Positions 19,301-32,500 of a stretch of DNA of 64,000 bases are shown one piece after another (positions within the stretch are counted from its first letter, which is position 1; each line of letters opens with the position of its first letter). The DNA is from Piromyces finnis finn (lineage: Eukaryota > Fungi > Neocallimastigomycota): contig MCFH01000072.1 in assembly GCA_002104945.1 (NCBI GenBank), positions 1 to 64,000 on the forward strand, given 5' to 3'. The position numbers and the translations under genes are program-made. A model generated the notes under the pieces. The model worked only from the letters and a program-made list of their open reading frames with translations. It searched no databases and had not been told where the DNA came from.

Positions 19301-21687
19301 AGTTGCATATTTGATTCATTTAAAGTTTCCAAATAATTAATTTCGCTCATTAATTTTCTTGAAAGAGAATGAGGAGAAAGACGACCTTCTACTTCCTTAG
19401 GTTCATTGGCTGTTGAAGATAGTAATGGATGCATGGAGGCTACTTGTGGTTGTGGAGGTGGATAGTATTGATGAGATTGAGGTGGTAGTGGTGGCATATA
19501 AAAGTGTTCATAATTTGTTGGTTGAGGAGGAAGAGGTAGTGGGGTGGGTTGTTGCTGATTATTATCCATTGTAGATGAATAATATTCGGAGGAGTGACTT
19601 GAATCATCCGTTGAATTGTAATTCGATAGATTAGTGAAGGTATCACTGTAGTGATGCTGATCAACGAAATGAGATGAACTATGATCAGATTCGTCATAGG
19701 AAAAGTTTTCTGAAGTACGTGTGACGTCATTTCTTTCTGTAGAGCTGACTCCATTTAATTGATCGTCGTCGTAAAGCGATAAAGTTTGATGATCTTGAGG
19801 TTGATTTTCTTCCATTTTTTCAACAATCTTTTTGTAGATACTACCTGAATCGGACTTCTTTTTAATATCTTCTTTTCGGGTTGGTTGAAAACGTCTTGTA
19901 AATATATTAATTGTACTGTAATTATCACCGGTTTTAGCGGGTGAATTTATTTCCACTTTCCATTGGCTTGGTGTTATGTTTTCTAAATTTTCTAATTTTA
20001 TCTCTGAATCTGATGAGAGTGTGAAGTTAGAATGCCTTTCGATGTGGTGTTTGTCCTTCGTCCATGAATCTTCTTCTTGAGGAATTGGACTAGTAGCACT
20101 GGTGTTATTGTAGATACTTTCTTCGGTAGAATAGTATGGATCTTTTTCCTTTAATTTATTTTTCAATGGAATTGCAGAAGATGATGATAGAGATTGTGCA
20201 TAGTGTTGTGTCATTGGGTCGTCGATGGAGGGATGATGTGATAAAGCTTTGTTGGAAAATTGAGAATAATTATTTGTTAAATAATATTCATTTTTACCTT
20301 TACTACTTTCTAAAATTGGGGTTTGATATGCTTTTGGCATTTCATGATGGGTGGGTGATGAAAATGGATAAGATACGTTTTCATGTATTGATGGAACCTC
20401 TTCCTCAATATAATTTGATGTCATGTTTGGGGAATGATAGGAAGATAATGCTATAGGATTATGATTTGATGAAGAAGAAGGGGAGGAGGTGGAGGATGAA
20501 GGGGAAGGATCACTCACAGAGTGAATTGAATGAGAATAGGATTTCATTTGAGTTAACCTGTCATGGACCTCTGAACTAGTGAGATTTGATATTTTAATGC
20601 TATTTTCTTTTGGTTTTGGCATTTTTGAGGTGTGTTGTTCAATTCTTTGTGCCAAAAACTCTGCGTTTTTAATTAATTCTTGAATTCTCTTTGCTTGATA
20701 TTGTAATGATTCAATTGAATAATCTTCACTGTAGTTAGAACTTGAAGTTACTGTATTGTCCATATCCATGTTATCATTTTTAGTAGAATCTATATTTGTA
20801 CTATTAGCAGTGAGCATTGTTGATAGTTCATTTTCATCAACAAAGGAGGAACTATTTTTCATTTTAGCTTGTATCGTTTCATATTCCGAAGAATTAATGA
20901 AAGAATAAGTATTCATTGAATTATCATACAAACTTGCTGAATCCGCCGAAATACTCCTATCGTTTTCATTTTGATTATTTTGGAAATTCTTTATAATTAT
21001 CGTATTATCTTTAGTCATAGATGATTTTAAATAGTTATCTCTTTGAATTTGTGGAGGTTCTTTTCTCATAGATTTATTTATTTTTTCGGCTGATGTTGAA
21101 TTTATTTTGTTATTTGTGTTATTATTTATTTGTTTTCTTTGAAATTCCCGTAATCTTTCCAAACGTTGTTTTATATCATTACTCTTTTTTTCTTTTTCCT
21201 GTAGTTCTTTTTTATGTTGCTCTTCACGAGCCTTTAATCTTTTACGCATAAAATCTCTTACCTCATTAACATTATAAGATTTTGGTTTTGGTTTCTCTGG
21301 TACAACTTGATCTAGTTCTTCTTTACTCTTTTTTCTACTCAATCTTTTTTCTTTCATATATTTTCTTATTTCATCTTGATCATAGTATTTTTTTGGTTTT
21401 ACGACCATTGAGTTTTCTGTCATTTCATTATTATTCATTTTTTTATGTTGACTAGAATTACTTGAAATTTTATATTTTTCATCTAATTTTGGAATTAAGA
21501 TTTCGTTTTTAGCCGAAATTCTTTTTCTTTTACGTTCGACATTATTCGTATGATTTGATTTTTTCTTATCTATTGATACAGCTATTGATATTTTATCATT
21601 TAACATATCCATGGTATTATCACTAGTAATGTATTCTCTATGTGCTTTATTTATTTTTCTTTCTCTTACAGGTTGAAGCGATTGCAT
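13394..21687 (-). CDS. CEP350: CEP350/CAP350-like centrosomal protein; exons 21687-14340 and 14178-13394
   Basis: GRLSPHSLSRKLMSEINYLETLNES resembles the CEP350 motif (ELNYLSAIEES); C-terminus LKEEENLFVDYDDRNIQIQNQVTEMIWNDLLEDSV resembles the CEP350/DUF4378 tail; phase-1 intron 14339-14179 joins the two ORFs. Confidence 0.75.
14650..14875 (-). repeat. Coding 45-bp (15-aa) tandem repeat x5, KESxxKNEEVDSExS
   Basis: Visible in the translation and DNA of the CEP350-like ORF. Confidence 0.85.
15960..16700 (-). repeat. Coding 180-bp (60-aa) tandem repeat, two near-identical copies plus diverged flanking copies
   Basis: 16081-16260 and 16261-16440 are nearly identical; 16441-16620 is diverged. 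Confidence 0.9.
19020..19170 (-). repeat. Coding 39-bp (13-aa) repeat x4, LR[TC]IG[VI]QA[IVL]PE[ED]Q
   Basis: Read directly from the translation. Confidence 0.9.
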
Positions 21688-23756
21688 TTTGTATATATGA
21701 AAATATAAAGAAATACTTTTTTAAAATTTATTTTAAAAGAAATTTAAATATTAATTTTTTTCGTTTAAATTATTTTAAGCCTCTTTGATATTATGCTGTG
21801 CTATTAAATTTCTATAATATAATAATATTAATATTATATAAAAAAAATTAATTCGTGTATTACACTGAAGTTTTTTTTTTTATAGTCAATGAATAAATAA
21901 TCTTAAATATAAAGTTATCAATTTAAAAAGAATTTTATATTTAATTTTTTAAATTAATTTTGAAATTTAATTTTTGATTATAAGTTAAGAAAAAAAAAGT
22001 AAATTGAAATATTTATAAAGTTGAATACATTCAAAAAAAAAAAAAAAAAAAAAAGATTTGACTTTATTTATATATACATAATAAAATGTAATACTTTATA
22101 AAATTTTGTTATTTAATTTCTATTATTTGTAATGGTTTTTTAAAATTTGATTTATAGTTTTGTTTTTATAATATATATTTTTAAATTTAATAATAAAAAT
22201 TTAAAAAAATAATTAATAGTTTATTACTTTTCATCGTTATTTCTTTTTGTTGATATTGAATATTCTTCTTCTTCTTTTATAATATTTTATTATTATAAAA
22301 GAATAATATGTACGAGTTTACTGTTGATGCTTAAAAAAAAAAAAAACAACTATAATTTAAACTAAAAAAATAATAAAAATCTATTTTTTTTTTTTGTTAT
22401 TAAAAGGAAAAAGAAAAAGAAAAAGGATTTATTATTATTATTTAATATTAATAATCTTTTAATAATAAACTTTAATTCTTATATTTTTATTTGTGATGAG
22501 AAATTTAAAGAAATATTTAAATGTACAAATAATTAATTTATTAAATAAATTCATAATAAATATAAATGGATATATAAATAATAAATTCTTCAAAATAAAT
22601 CAATGAATATGCAAATAAATTATTAATAAATTAAATAAATAAATAATTATAAGAATAGATAAATACAAAGATAGAATTATTGATGAATCCTAAATAGCTT
22701 TATTTAAAATAAATTAAATCCATTCATTGATTAGTTTAAATTTAATTATATAAGAAAATTAAATTAAACTAATATAATAAAATATATACACAATATATTA
22801 TTATATATTTATAACTAAATTAAATTGTTAATTTTAAATTTTATTATAATCTAAATTGATTTAATTTTGAATTAAGAGGTTAAAGACGACGATGATGATG
22901 AAGACGACGATAAACAACAACAGTAAGGAAAAAAAAAAAAAAAAACTATAAAGATATTTAGGCATATAATAAAAATGAATAAAGAAATGAATACTATCTA
23001 AAAATAAAAATAAAAAATTTTATATGGTAATGATTGCATTAGTTCTATAAAATGTTTGTTAGCTTTTATAGTATTATTTAATTCCAAAGAGTATATTATC
23101 TTTTATTGCATATATTATTCTATGATTTCAAATCAATAGATAGAAAACAGATCTAAATATCCATCTATCTATTTATTGCTAATTCTTACTGTAATAAACA
23201 TGATAAAGACAATAAATAATTAAATATATTGATTTTATAATTGTATAATACTACAATACTACTACTACTACTACTAATAATAATTAATACTAATTAATAA
23301 TAATACTACTAATAATAAATAATAATAAATAATAAATATAACAGTTAATAATAATTGTAAGGAATATGTATTTTGAATATCTATGATGTATATTTTCCTC
23401 TTTTTTTTTTTTTTTTTTTCTATAACTTATATATATGTATTTCATTATAGAATTTTTTAAAAGTTTTAGTGTCGTGTAACAAGTTTATATATATTATCAA
23501 GTCATTTTAAGATAATGTAACAATTATTAAAAATATTTTTTCTTTTTCTTTTATTTCTTTTTTTTTTTTTTTTTTTTTTAAATAAAAAGAAATACAATAG
23601 GAAAAAAGATTAGAGCATATTTAATAAAAAAAAAAGGTAACATAAAATAAATTGTTTTAATTGTAAAATATGAAATTTACTGTCCAATTTTATTTTTAGG
23701 AAAATTTGCTGTAACACTTTTTTTTTTAATTTAAATATTTTAATTATAATTTATTA

Positions 23757-23787
<31 letters not shown>

Positions 23788-23847
23788 TTCCGAGTGCATT
23801 TCTATTTCAATATATTTATATTTTAAAAAACCTGCTTTTAGTGATCG

Positions 23848-24014
23848 GTAATAGTAATAGTAATAGTAATAGTAATAGTAATAGTAATAGTAATAGTAAT
23901 AATAGTAATAGTAATAGTAATAGTAATAGTAATAGTAATAGTAATAGTAATAGTAATAGTAATAGTAATAATAGTAATAGTAATAGTAATAGTAATAGTA
24001 ATAGTAATAGTAAT
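23848..24014 (+). repeat. (GTAATA)n hexanucleotide microsatellite with two AAT interruptions
   Basis: Direct reading. Confidence 0.95.
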
Positions 24015-24168
24015 TGGTTTTAGTAATGAATCTAATAAATAATGAATATTGAATAACAATGATTTATATTTTTTTTTGGCTTATATAGATAGATAAATTG
24101 AAATATTCATAATAATGATTTTTTTCCAAAAAAAAAGTAATACTATAAATTTAATAGTTTGGTAAAAA

Positions 24169-24172
24169 TAAA

Positions 24173-24211
<39 letters not shown>

Positions 24212-24237
24212 TAATAATAATAATAATAATAATAAAC

Positions 24238-24290
<53 letters not shown>

Positions 24291-24343
24291 CATAATAATA
24301 ATAATAATAATAATAAACATAATAATAATAATAATAATAATTA

Positions 24344-24380
<37 letters not shown>

Positions 24381-24399
24381 TAGAGTAATAATGATAATA

Positions 24400-24440
<41 letters not shown>

Positions 24441-24452
24441 TAGAGTAATAAT
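24169..24452 (+). repeat. Interrupted (AAT)n microsatellite with recurring AAACAT and TAGA(G/A)T interruptions
   Basis: Direct reading. Confidence 0.9.
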
Positions 24453-27182
24453 AAAATAATTACTGTACAACACACCATAACAATATGTGACCTATGCAAT
24501 AAAGTAATAATGATAATAATATGGTCATACTATGAAAAATAATGCTGTATAATAACAAAAAGGATGGCGACAATGTAATTTATGGATGGTAAAGGTGGGT
24601 GGTGGTGAGAATAACTAAAAGAATGAATTATTATGCTTTTTAATATTAATTATTTTATAAAATTTTCAAATTTTATAATGACAGGTTTTAATAAGGTTTT
24701 TTGTTGCCGTTTGCTTTTGTTGTTACACAACATTTTTTTCCTTTTAGAAAAGATGGTAAAAAATTTTTGTGGTGATGGTGGTGGTGTGGTAGATCCTTTC
24801 TATTTTATTTTATATTATTTTCTATGGCTACTATTAATTGTTTAGTGGTGGTGGTAAAGGCGTGTTATTATTGATGCTGTCTTTCATAACAATGAATGAT
24901 GAATGACCCGCCGTAATAAAGTAATTTCTAATATTAATATAATCACCGGCCTTTTTTTTTCTAGTTATTCATTTATTTTTTTTCTTTTTCTTGGTGGTGG
25001 GTTTTTTTTAGTTTATTAAAAAATTTAAATTATCCATTCTTTATAATTTATATATTAGAATATATTGTAATATATTTAAAATTAGTATTTTATACTAATA
25101 TTTTTTTAATAGAATAAAACATGACTTTGGTTTTTATTATTTCAATATATTTTCCATATAATAAAATATAATGATAATATATAATCAATTGCTTTATAAA
25201 ATATTGAAAATAGATTAATATTATTATTAAAATAGATTTTAATATAATTTTTAATTCATACTCTTCATTTAATAATCCAAAGATTATTGGTTAGAAAATA
25301 AAAAATTATATTTAAATTATCCAAAATTATAAATCTATTTAATATTAATATACTTTTACCGTTTATTAGAATATAATGACCAATAAATTAATATATTAAA
25401 AATATAAAAATTATATTTAATAAAGTTTATTAGAATTAATTAAATTTTATATAAATAATTATATAATAATAATAGTTTAAAACAAAAATATTAATATTTA
25501 TTTATTTTATATTCATTCATTCATTTATTTTATTTATTTATTTTTTATTTATTCATTCATTTAATTTATCAAAAGGCCTCGTTCCTTTTTTTTATTTGAA
25601 AGAAGAAAAAGAATAAAGGTCAAAATGACATTACCTCTTTAATTGTCTTTTTTTTCCATCATTATAAAGAATGAAATGTAAAAAAAAAAAAAAAAGAAAA
25701 GGAAAAACTTTTAAAAAAATAAAAGATGAAACAAATAAAAAAAATTTTTATTTTTAAATTCAGTTTTTAAAGAAAAAAAAAATTAGAGTTAATAATAATT
25801 TTCATTTTTTTATTTTTTTATTTTCCATTTTCATAATTATTTCTGATTCTTTTTTAAAAGAAGAGAAAGAAATGAAAGATGAAAAATGCTTTTATAATTC
25901 TTTCATTCTTTTATGTTTTTTTTTTTTTTTTTTTTTTATTATTTTTGATTTTCGTTATGAAATGAAACAAAAAAAAAAGTTAAAAAAATAAAATTTAATA
26001 AATTTTTGATTTTAAATATAAAAAAAAATTTATTTTTTTTTTTTTTCTTTAATTTTTTTTTTTCTTAAAAAATATTTAAAAAAAAAAAAAATTAAAATTA
26101 TAGAAAAAAAAGTTTTTTTTTTTTTTAAAGCATTTTGATAAAAGAAGTGACTTTTTAAAAATTAAATAATAATAAAAAAGACTTTTTTTTTTTTTTTTGA
26201 TACAAAGCTAAACATTAAAGTTATATTTTATAAAAATAAAAAAAATAAAAGGCTTTTTTTTTTAAAACAATTTTTCAAATAAATTGAAGCAAGAAAAAAA
26301 AAAAAAAAAGCTTTCAATAGAAATAAAATTGCTTTAATTATATATAAATATATAAATATATATATTTTCAGAAAAAAAGAAAAAAAAAATAGAATAATAT
26401 AAACGAAAAACGAAAGAACGAAAATTCATTTCAATAATATATTTTTTTATTAAAATAATTAAAAGAAACAATAATAATATTATTAGCTTTTTTTAAAAAG
26501 ACTTTTATACCTTTTTTTTTTTTCTTTATAAAAATTAAATAAATAAATAATATATAATATATATAATTTATCTCTTTTATATTGTGAAATCAACATATTA
26601 AAAAAAAAAAAAAAGGTAAAAGAAAAGAAAAAAAAATAAAAATTATTAATTTTGGGATTTATAAATAAAAAAAATAATTAACATTTTTTTTTTTATTATT
26701 ATTTGTTATTAAAAATTATTTATATTATTCAACAATTCAACAATAGACAATTAAAAAAGAGAGGGGAAATCAACATTATTATTAATAATAATAATAATCA
26801 AAATTAAAGACAAAATATAAATAATAACAATAAAAAAAAAAAAAAAAAAAAAAAAACACCAAAAAACAAATAATTAATAATACTATTAATTAAAAATTAG
26901 ATTAATTTATTCATTCAACTTACTTTACTTGTCTTAAGGCTAAGCTTTCTGTAACGACATAAAAGAAACAACTTTTTTCATTATTCAATTTTAATTTTAA
27001 TAGATATATATTGTAAGTAGAAAATAAAAAAAAACTTTTTTTTTTTTTTTGAAATAATATTACCTATCATATATATATAATATATATAAAAATGTGTTTT
27101 ATCTATCTAAATAATAATATAAAATTGTTTTTTTTTTTCCTGTTCTATTCCCCTACCCAAATAACTATTAGAAATTATAAAC

Positions 27183-27491
27183 ATGGGTCTCAAGGGTAAA
27201 ATAAAGGGTTCCTACTTATATACACAATGGAAATTAGGAAAATACACTAAAAGAAGAGTCAAGCACTCTGCTTACAATACCTATAATACCTATGATGATG
27301 AAGATATGGGTCAAGGTTACCCAGTCAGTAGTAGTAATTCTTATTCTTATCCAGAAAGAAGTCCAAATAGTTATAGCTGTAGTCAAAATAGTAGTTATAA
27401 CCAAAGTTACAGTAATGACGACTCAAATAATAGTTATCCTGCTGGAACCTATAATCGTGTTGTCTACTATCCAACTATGGATGAAAGGTAA
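27183..27491 (+). CDS. Small hypothetical protein (102 aa), basic N-terminus and S/Y/N-rich C-terminus; probable 5'UTR intron 27013-27171
   Basis: GC-enriched ORF in AT-rich surroundings; GTAAGT donor at 27013 and TAG acceptor at 27169-27171, 11 nt before the ATG; 3' end may be spliced at the GT at 27488. Confidence 0.65.
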   Translation: MGLKGKIKGSYLYTQWKLGKYTKRRVKHSAYNTYNTYDDEDMGQGYPVSSSNSYSYPERSPNSYSCSQNSSYNQSYSNDDSNNSYPAGTYNRVVYYPTMDER

Positions 27492-28484
27492 TTATTAACA
27501 CCATAAATACTAAAAAAAAAAACAACTTTTTTTGATATTTGATTTAAATGTTTATATCATTATATATATACATACAATTACATGTTTTTTTTTTTTTTTT
27601 TTTTTTTATATATTCAACTATTAATCCGTCTTTTTTTATTATTATAATATTATTATTAAATAAAATAAAACATTAGCTCAAGACAAGATTATTAGATGAT
27701 GGTGTGTTCATTTTGTAGTTTAAAAAAAAATAACTACCTATTTAATTTTTTTTAATATACATTTATTAATATTAAACTGAAAAATATAAATGAATTCATC
27801 AAATCATCATCAAAAAAAAAAAAAAAGAGTAAAGAATGAATATTTTTTTAAAAAAAAAAACCGATAATTTAATCAATTCCTATCCTTTTATTTTTTTTTA
27901 TAGTTTATATATATATAAAACTTTTTAACATTTTTACATCATCAAAGTATGTAAATAAAAAAAAATACACATATTTTACGATATAATTAATCTAATTTAA
28001 TAACATAAAATAATAAATAATATATATATATATATATATATTTTATTTTCATCGCCATAAATATATATATGTATATAATTAATATAATTAATAAAATAAT
28101 AATAATAATAAAAATTGTAATAATTATTAAACTTCTTTTATGCGTTTACATTGAATGAACTTTTTTTTTTTTTATCTATAATTCTACTTTGCCCTATAAA
28201 ATTATATTTATTTAAAAAAAAAAAAACATAGATTCTATCTATGGTAGTAGTTAATATGTCCATATATATATATATATATACTATCAGTTTTACTATAGCT
28301 ACTATGGTGATAAACTAAAAGTTATTTTTATGGTTGTCTCAATAAAAATAAATAAAAAAAAAAAGTGATTTTTTAAAGTGAAATAATAATTGAATCCTTT
28401 ATAAATTATTTACGACATTACATTCTATTCTTTTTTTTATTACTAATATAAGTATACAACATTAAAAAAAAAAAAAAAAAAAAT

Positions 28485-29160
28485 TAAATTGAAGCATAAA
28501 TTGGTAAAAGAAAAGCCGCGAGACCCTCTACCTATGGAACATGAGACCCCGATGAACTGTAAAGCTATTCATTCAAATGTCTTTGTTCCGCCCTATCAAT
28601 TTGTAGCTCTTCATAAGCTAAAGTTTCACCAAGAAGGAACGTAAAAATATAGTTATAAATTGTTTTTCTTACTTCCATTTCAGGGAGTAAGTATGTGATG
28701 AATTGATTCTTATATTTATTGTAAAAAAGGGTAAAAAGATCGTCAAGAAAGCAAAGTGAAGAAGTTTTGTACTCAGAGAATGCAGAACATTCTAATATCC
28801 AATGGTAAAAAGATTGTTCGTCATATCCGCAACATGGACAGACACGAGGACAGTCAGGAGTAACTCTATTACTGGCAATAGCTGTATTCATAACTGCATC
28901 GAATACGAATAATCTAGGTAATTCCTAAATTTAAGTGAGGATCTGTTGAGACCGATAGGCATTAGGCGATTTGAATTAAGGAATTTGTTGTTAGTATATC
29001 TGATGACTTTACTTTCATTAGTTAGGCTACAATTATTCCAATAATATTCTCTAATATCTTTAGTACTTTTAATAATGCTGTACCTGGGTACTTTTTTTAT
29101 TTTACAACTCATAATCAGTATAACCATGCGTAAGGAATTTCGTGAGCCCCATAACATAAT
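28485..29160 (-). pseudogene. Degenerate, truncated relic of a related LINE polyprotein C-terminus (zinc-knuckle region)
   Basis: KDIREYYWNN...NNKFLNS and CPRVCPCCGYDEQSFYHWILEC...FTFLLG align by eye to the neighbouring element's KAVKNFYWKD...DNKFIET and CPNYCPCCKCGVQSIKHWLLDC...FKFLLG; frameshift near 28890 and stops after 28565. Confidence 0.85.
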
Positions 29161-29273
29161 AATAAGATCTATAGGTAATATTCATAAAATCTACAAAATA
29201 AACATCAAAATTTTTTTTTGAATACAATAAAAATTCAGTGAATAAGAACTACAAACACTATTACTACCACCAT

Positions 29274-29286
29274 TACTACCACTGAT
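29274..29286. repeat. Target-site duplication, left copy TACTACCACTGAT
   Basis: Identical to 34856-34868; abuts the T17 tail (last T is shared with the tail). Confidence 0.9.
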
Positions 29287-29537
29287 TTTTTTTTTTTTTT
29301 TTAATGGCATCAAATATTTTAAACTTTATTATTAATTTAATTAAAATTATAATACATGTAATATAAAAATTAAAATAAAATAAAAATAAAAAAAAATATG
29401 TTTAAACACAAATGAATAAAAATTGGGTATAATGTATTCTAGTAATTTTAATTAAAGTAAGAAAGCCACTATCATACTAAAGTATAATAATTGTATTTGA
29501 CTTCCAATGGGACACCGAGCCAAAGATCAAAATTTTG

Positions 29538-32500
29538 TCATGGAACAAAATTATGATCTCCATTGGTTGCGCTGGCCCTCCTGGCCTGTCTTACTGTTTC
29601 TTCAGCATTGACGCTCTTGGATGTTGCTTCAAACCTTTTGAACATTGTCCATTGCTGGCCAATAGCAAAAGGCATGATTTTGGTTAGAAGTTCCGCGGTT
29701 ACCGTCAAGAATGGTGTTCCTTCGTTAGTACCAGATTGAATCTGACGCTTACAAAGTTCTTTCCATTCCCTTGAATTGTAATTAATATTGTTAAAACTTC
29801 TTCCCCCAAGAAGGAATTTAAATATTTTACTGCACACACTAGAATAATCATACACATTAATATTCACCGGATTATTAGAACTATTACTATCATTAACTAA
29901 ATTACTATCTAAATTAGAATTATTATCTTCACTATTGTTATCATTACTAATATTATTATTTCTATTACTACTATTGTTATTATTACTATTTCTATTACTA
30001 CTATTGTTATTATTACTATTGTTACTATTACTATTGTTATTACTACTATTGTTACTATTACTATTAATGTTATTGCTATCTCTACTGATATTAACATTTT
30101 CATTATTATTGATAGGACTATTGGAATTACGTTGACTGAAAAAATTTAGTAGCTGGACTATGGAATCATAATGTTTAATACGGATATCTCTAAATGTTGG
30201 ACAATCTAATAACCAATGTTTAATACTTTGAACACCACACTTGCAACATGGACAGTAGTTAGGACAAACTGGATCAACAAATTTAGCAGCTTTGGCAACT
30301 CTAGCATCCAACTTGTATCCGCTTCTTGCTTTCAAGAGCCAGTAGAAGCCATAGGCAAACTCTGGGTACTCATAACATAATTTAATAAAATCTTTAGTTT
30401 CAATAAATTTATTATCATCATAATATTGCGCTTTGATTGAATTCCCTTTGAGATCTTTCCAATAAAAGTTTTTAACTGCTTTAACATCTCCATGTTTCTT
30501 TAATTTTTTATCAAGTGTCCTACTTGATTTGCACCACGTGTATTTTCTAAATTTAGGAATGTAATTGACAAGGTGTGAGATAATACAATTTGAGTTTTTC
30601 CATTTGTTAAAACATCTAACCTGAGCTAATGCACATTTGGCTGACAATGGAGGAATATTCAAATCTTTTGAGATAGAGTATAAAGATATAAACGATACAG
30701 CTTTATGAACTCCGGCAACCCATCGTATTCCTTTGTTAACATGCTTCTGAGCAATCCTAAACCTAGCTTTGTTGGATCCAAGTAATGGTGCAAAGTATGA
30801 AACTCTGCTAATCACTTGTGAGTTAAGTACTAGTTTTTTGAAAGGAATAGGAATATTAGGATTTCTTAAGAATTTACTGACTGAGAAAAGTCCTTTCAAA
30901 ACCTTGTTATTAAGAACTTTAATTACTGGTTTAAGGGACAAATTCTTATCAAATGGAACACCAAGATAAGTGTAGCAGTCAGTAGTTGGAATGGGTTGTC
31001 CTGCTAAGTAAAATGTTGGATCTCTCTTGTTCTGATTTTCTATTGATTCAGGACGAATCACCATCGTTGAACATTTCTGGATACCAAATTCCATTTCATT
31101 ATACAAGGCCCATTCATTAACTCTTCTAAGCATCTTTTTTAAGCATCCTCTTGTTGGAGCACAAATAACTATATCATCTGCAAAAAGTCCACCACAGCAT
31201 CGAGTGTCACCTAAACTGACTCCAAGATCTTCGCACTCTTTAAATATATCATTAATAAAGAGATTAAAGAGAATAGGAGAAAGAGGGCATCCTTGACGGA
31301 CTCCTTTCTTCACATCAAAAGATTTCGAGAATTGTCCATCTAATTTGACATTAGCCTTAGATGTTAAATATAAATTTTTGATAAATTGTAAACTCTTACC
31401 TCGGATTCCTAAACAATCTAATTTATGGAGAATATTACCGATTGGGACTGAATCGTATGCTTTCCTGAGATCTAAAAAGGCCAAATATATCTCTTTATTA
31501 TCTAATTGACGTCTACGGCATATTTCTTGGATTGAAATGAAAAGACTGATACTTTCTTCCTTTTTTCGAAAACCAAATTGTTCAGGTCTAATGAAATTAT
31601 TCTTTAGACCATATTCTGAGATTCTAGTGGTGACAATTTTGGAGATCAACTTAATACCATTATTGATAAGTGATATACCTCGATAGTTATCACAATCTGT
31701 CAAATCTCCCTTCTTAGGAATAGAAACAATACTGGATTCATTCCATGAGTTGGGGAAGTCTCCATCCCAAATACGGTTGAATAATTTAAGAATAAAATTT
31801 AAACCATGAGCATCATTATCTGAAGTGGTATTACCGGAAGAATTATTACCTGTAGCATTATTAGAATCATTACTTGATGGAATTAATGCTTTGTAAAATT
31901 CAATTGGAATACCATCCGGACCTGATGCTTTATAATTTGGAGTAGAGAGGATAGCTGACTTGACTTCATCAATACTAATATCTTGGTTGATATCCCACTC
32001 ATCAAGCATAGGAAGTGAAAAACGTTTATTCATTGGTTCTTCATACCAATGCTCCAAATCAAGACTTACACCACTTGGATCTGATGCAAGCTTTTCGAAA
32101 TGATCATGCCACACTTCTAGTTGTTCTTCCGTAGCAACAACTAATTCTCCATTTTTATTTTTAATTGGTTGAGCAATAAAGAAAGAATCTTTTCCAATTT
32201 TTGCAGTTTTCTTGATCCATTTCCAGGCCTTCTTAGGATTATGACTCTTCATATACTCACATCCTGTATTAATCCAATGAAGATATTCTTGCTTCCTAAA
32301 TTCATTACATCTTTTGTGGATGTAATCAATGAGCTTACGGTAGATTTTAATTCTTTTAATAAATTCATCTATATCATAAATTCTTTCTTTTTTAAATCTC
32401 TTATACAACTTCATTTTGATTTTTTGAAGATTAAAAATTTGTTGTGAAATATGAAATGAAGACTTTATAACATTATTTGCTGAGGTAATACTGAGCTCGT

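Noticed and set aside
13665-20456. Many antisense or overlapping ORFs over the CEP350-like, LINE and SH3 genes
   Set aside because: Shadow frames of biased-composition coding sequence.
22876-22930. GAC/GAT-rich stretch reading DDDDDEDDDKQQQ
   Set aside because: No start or compatible flanking exons found; looks like a trinucleotide repeat.
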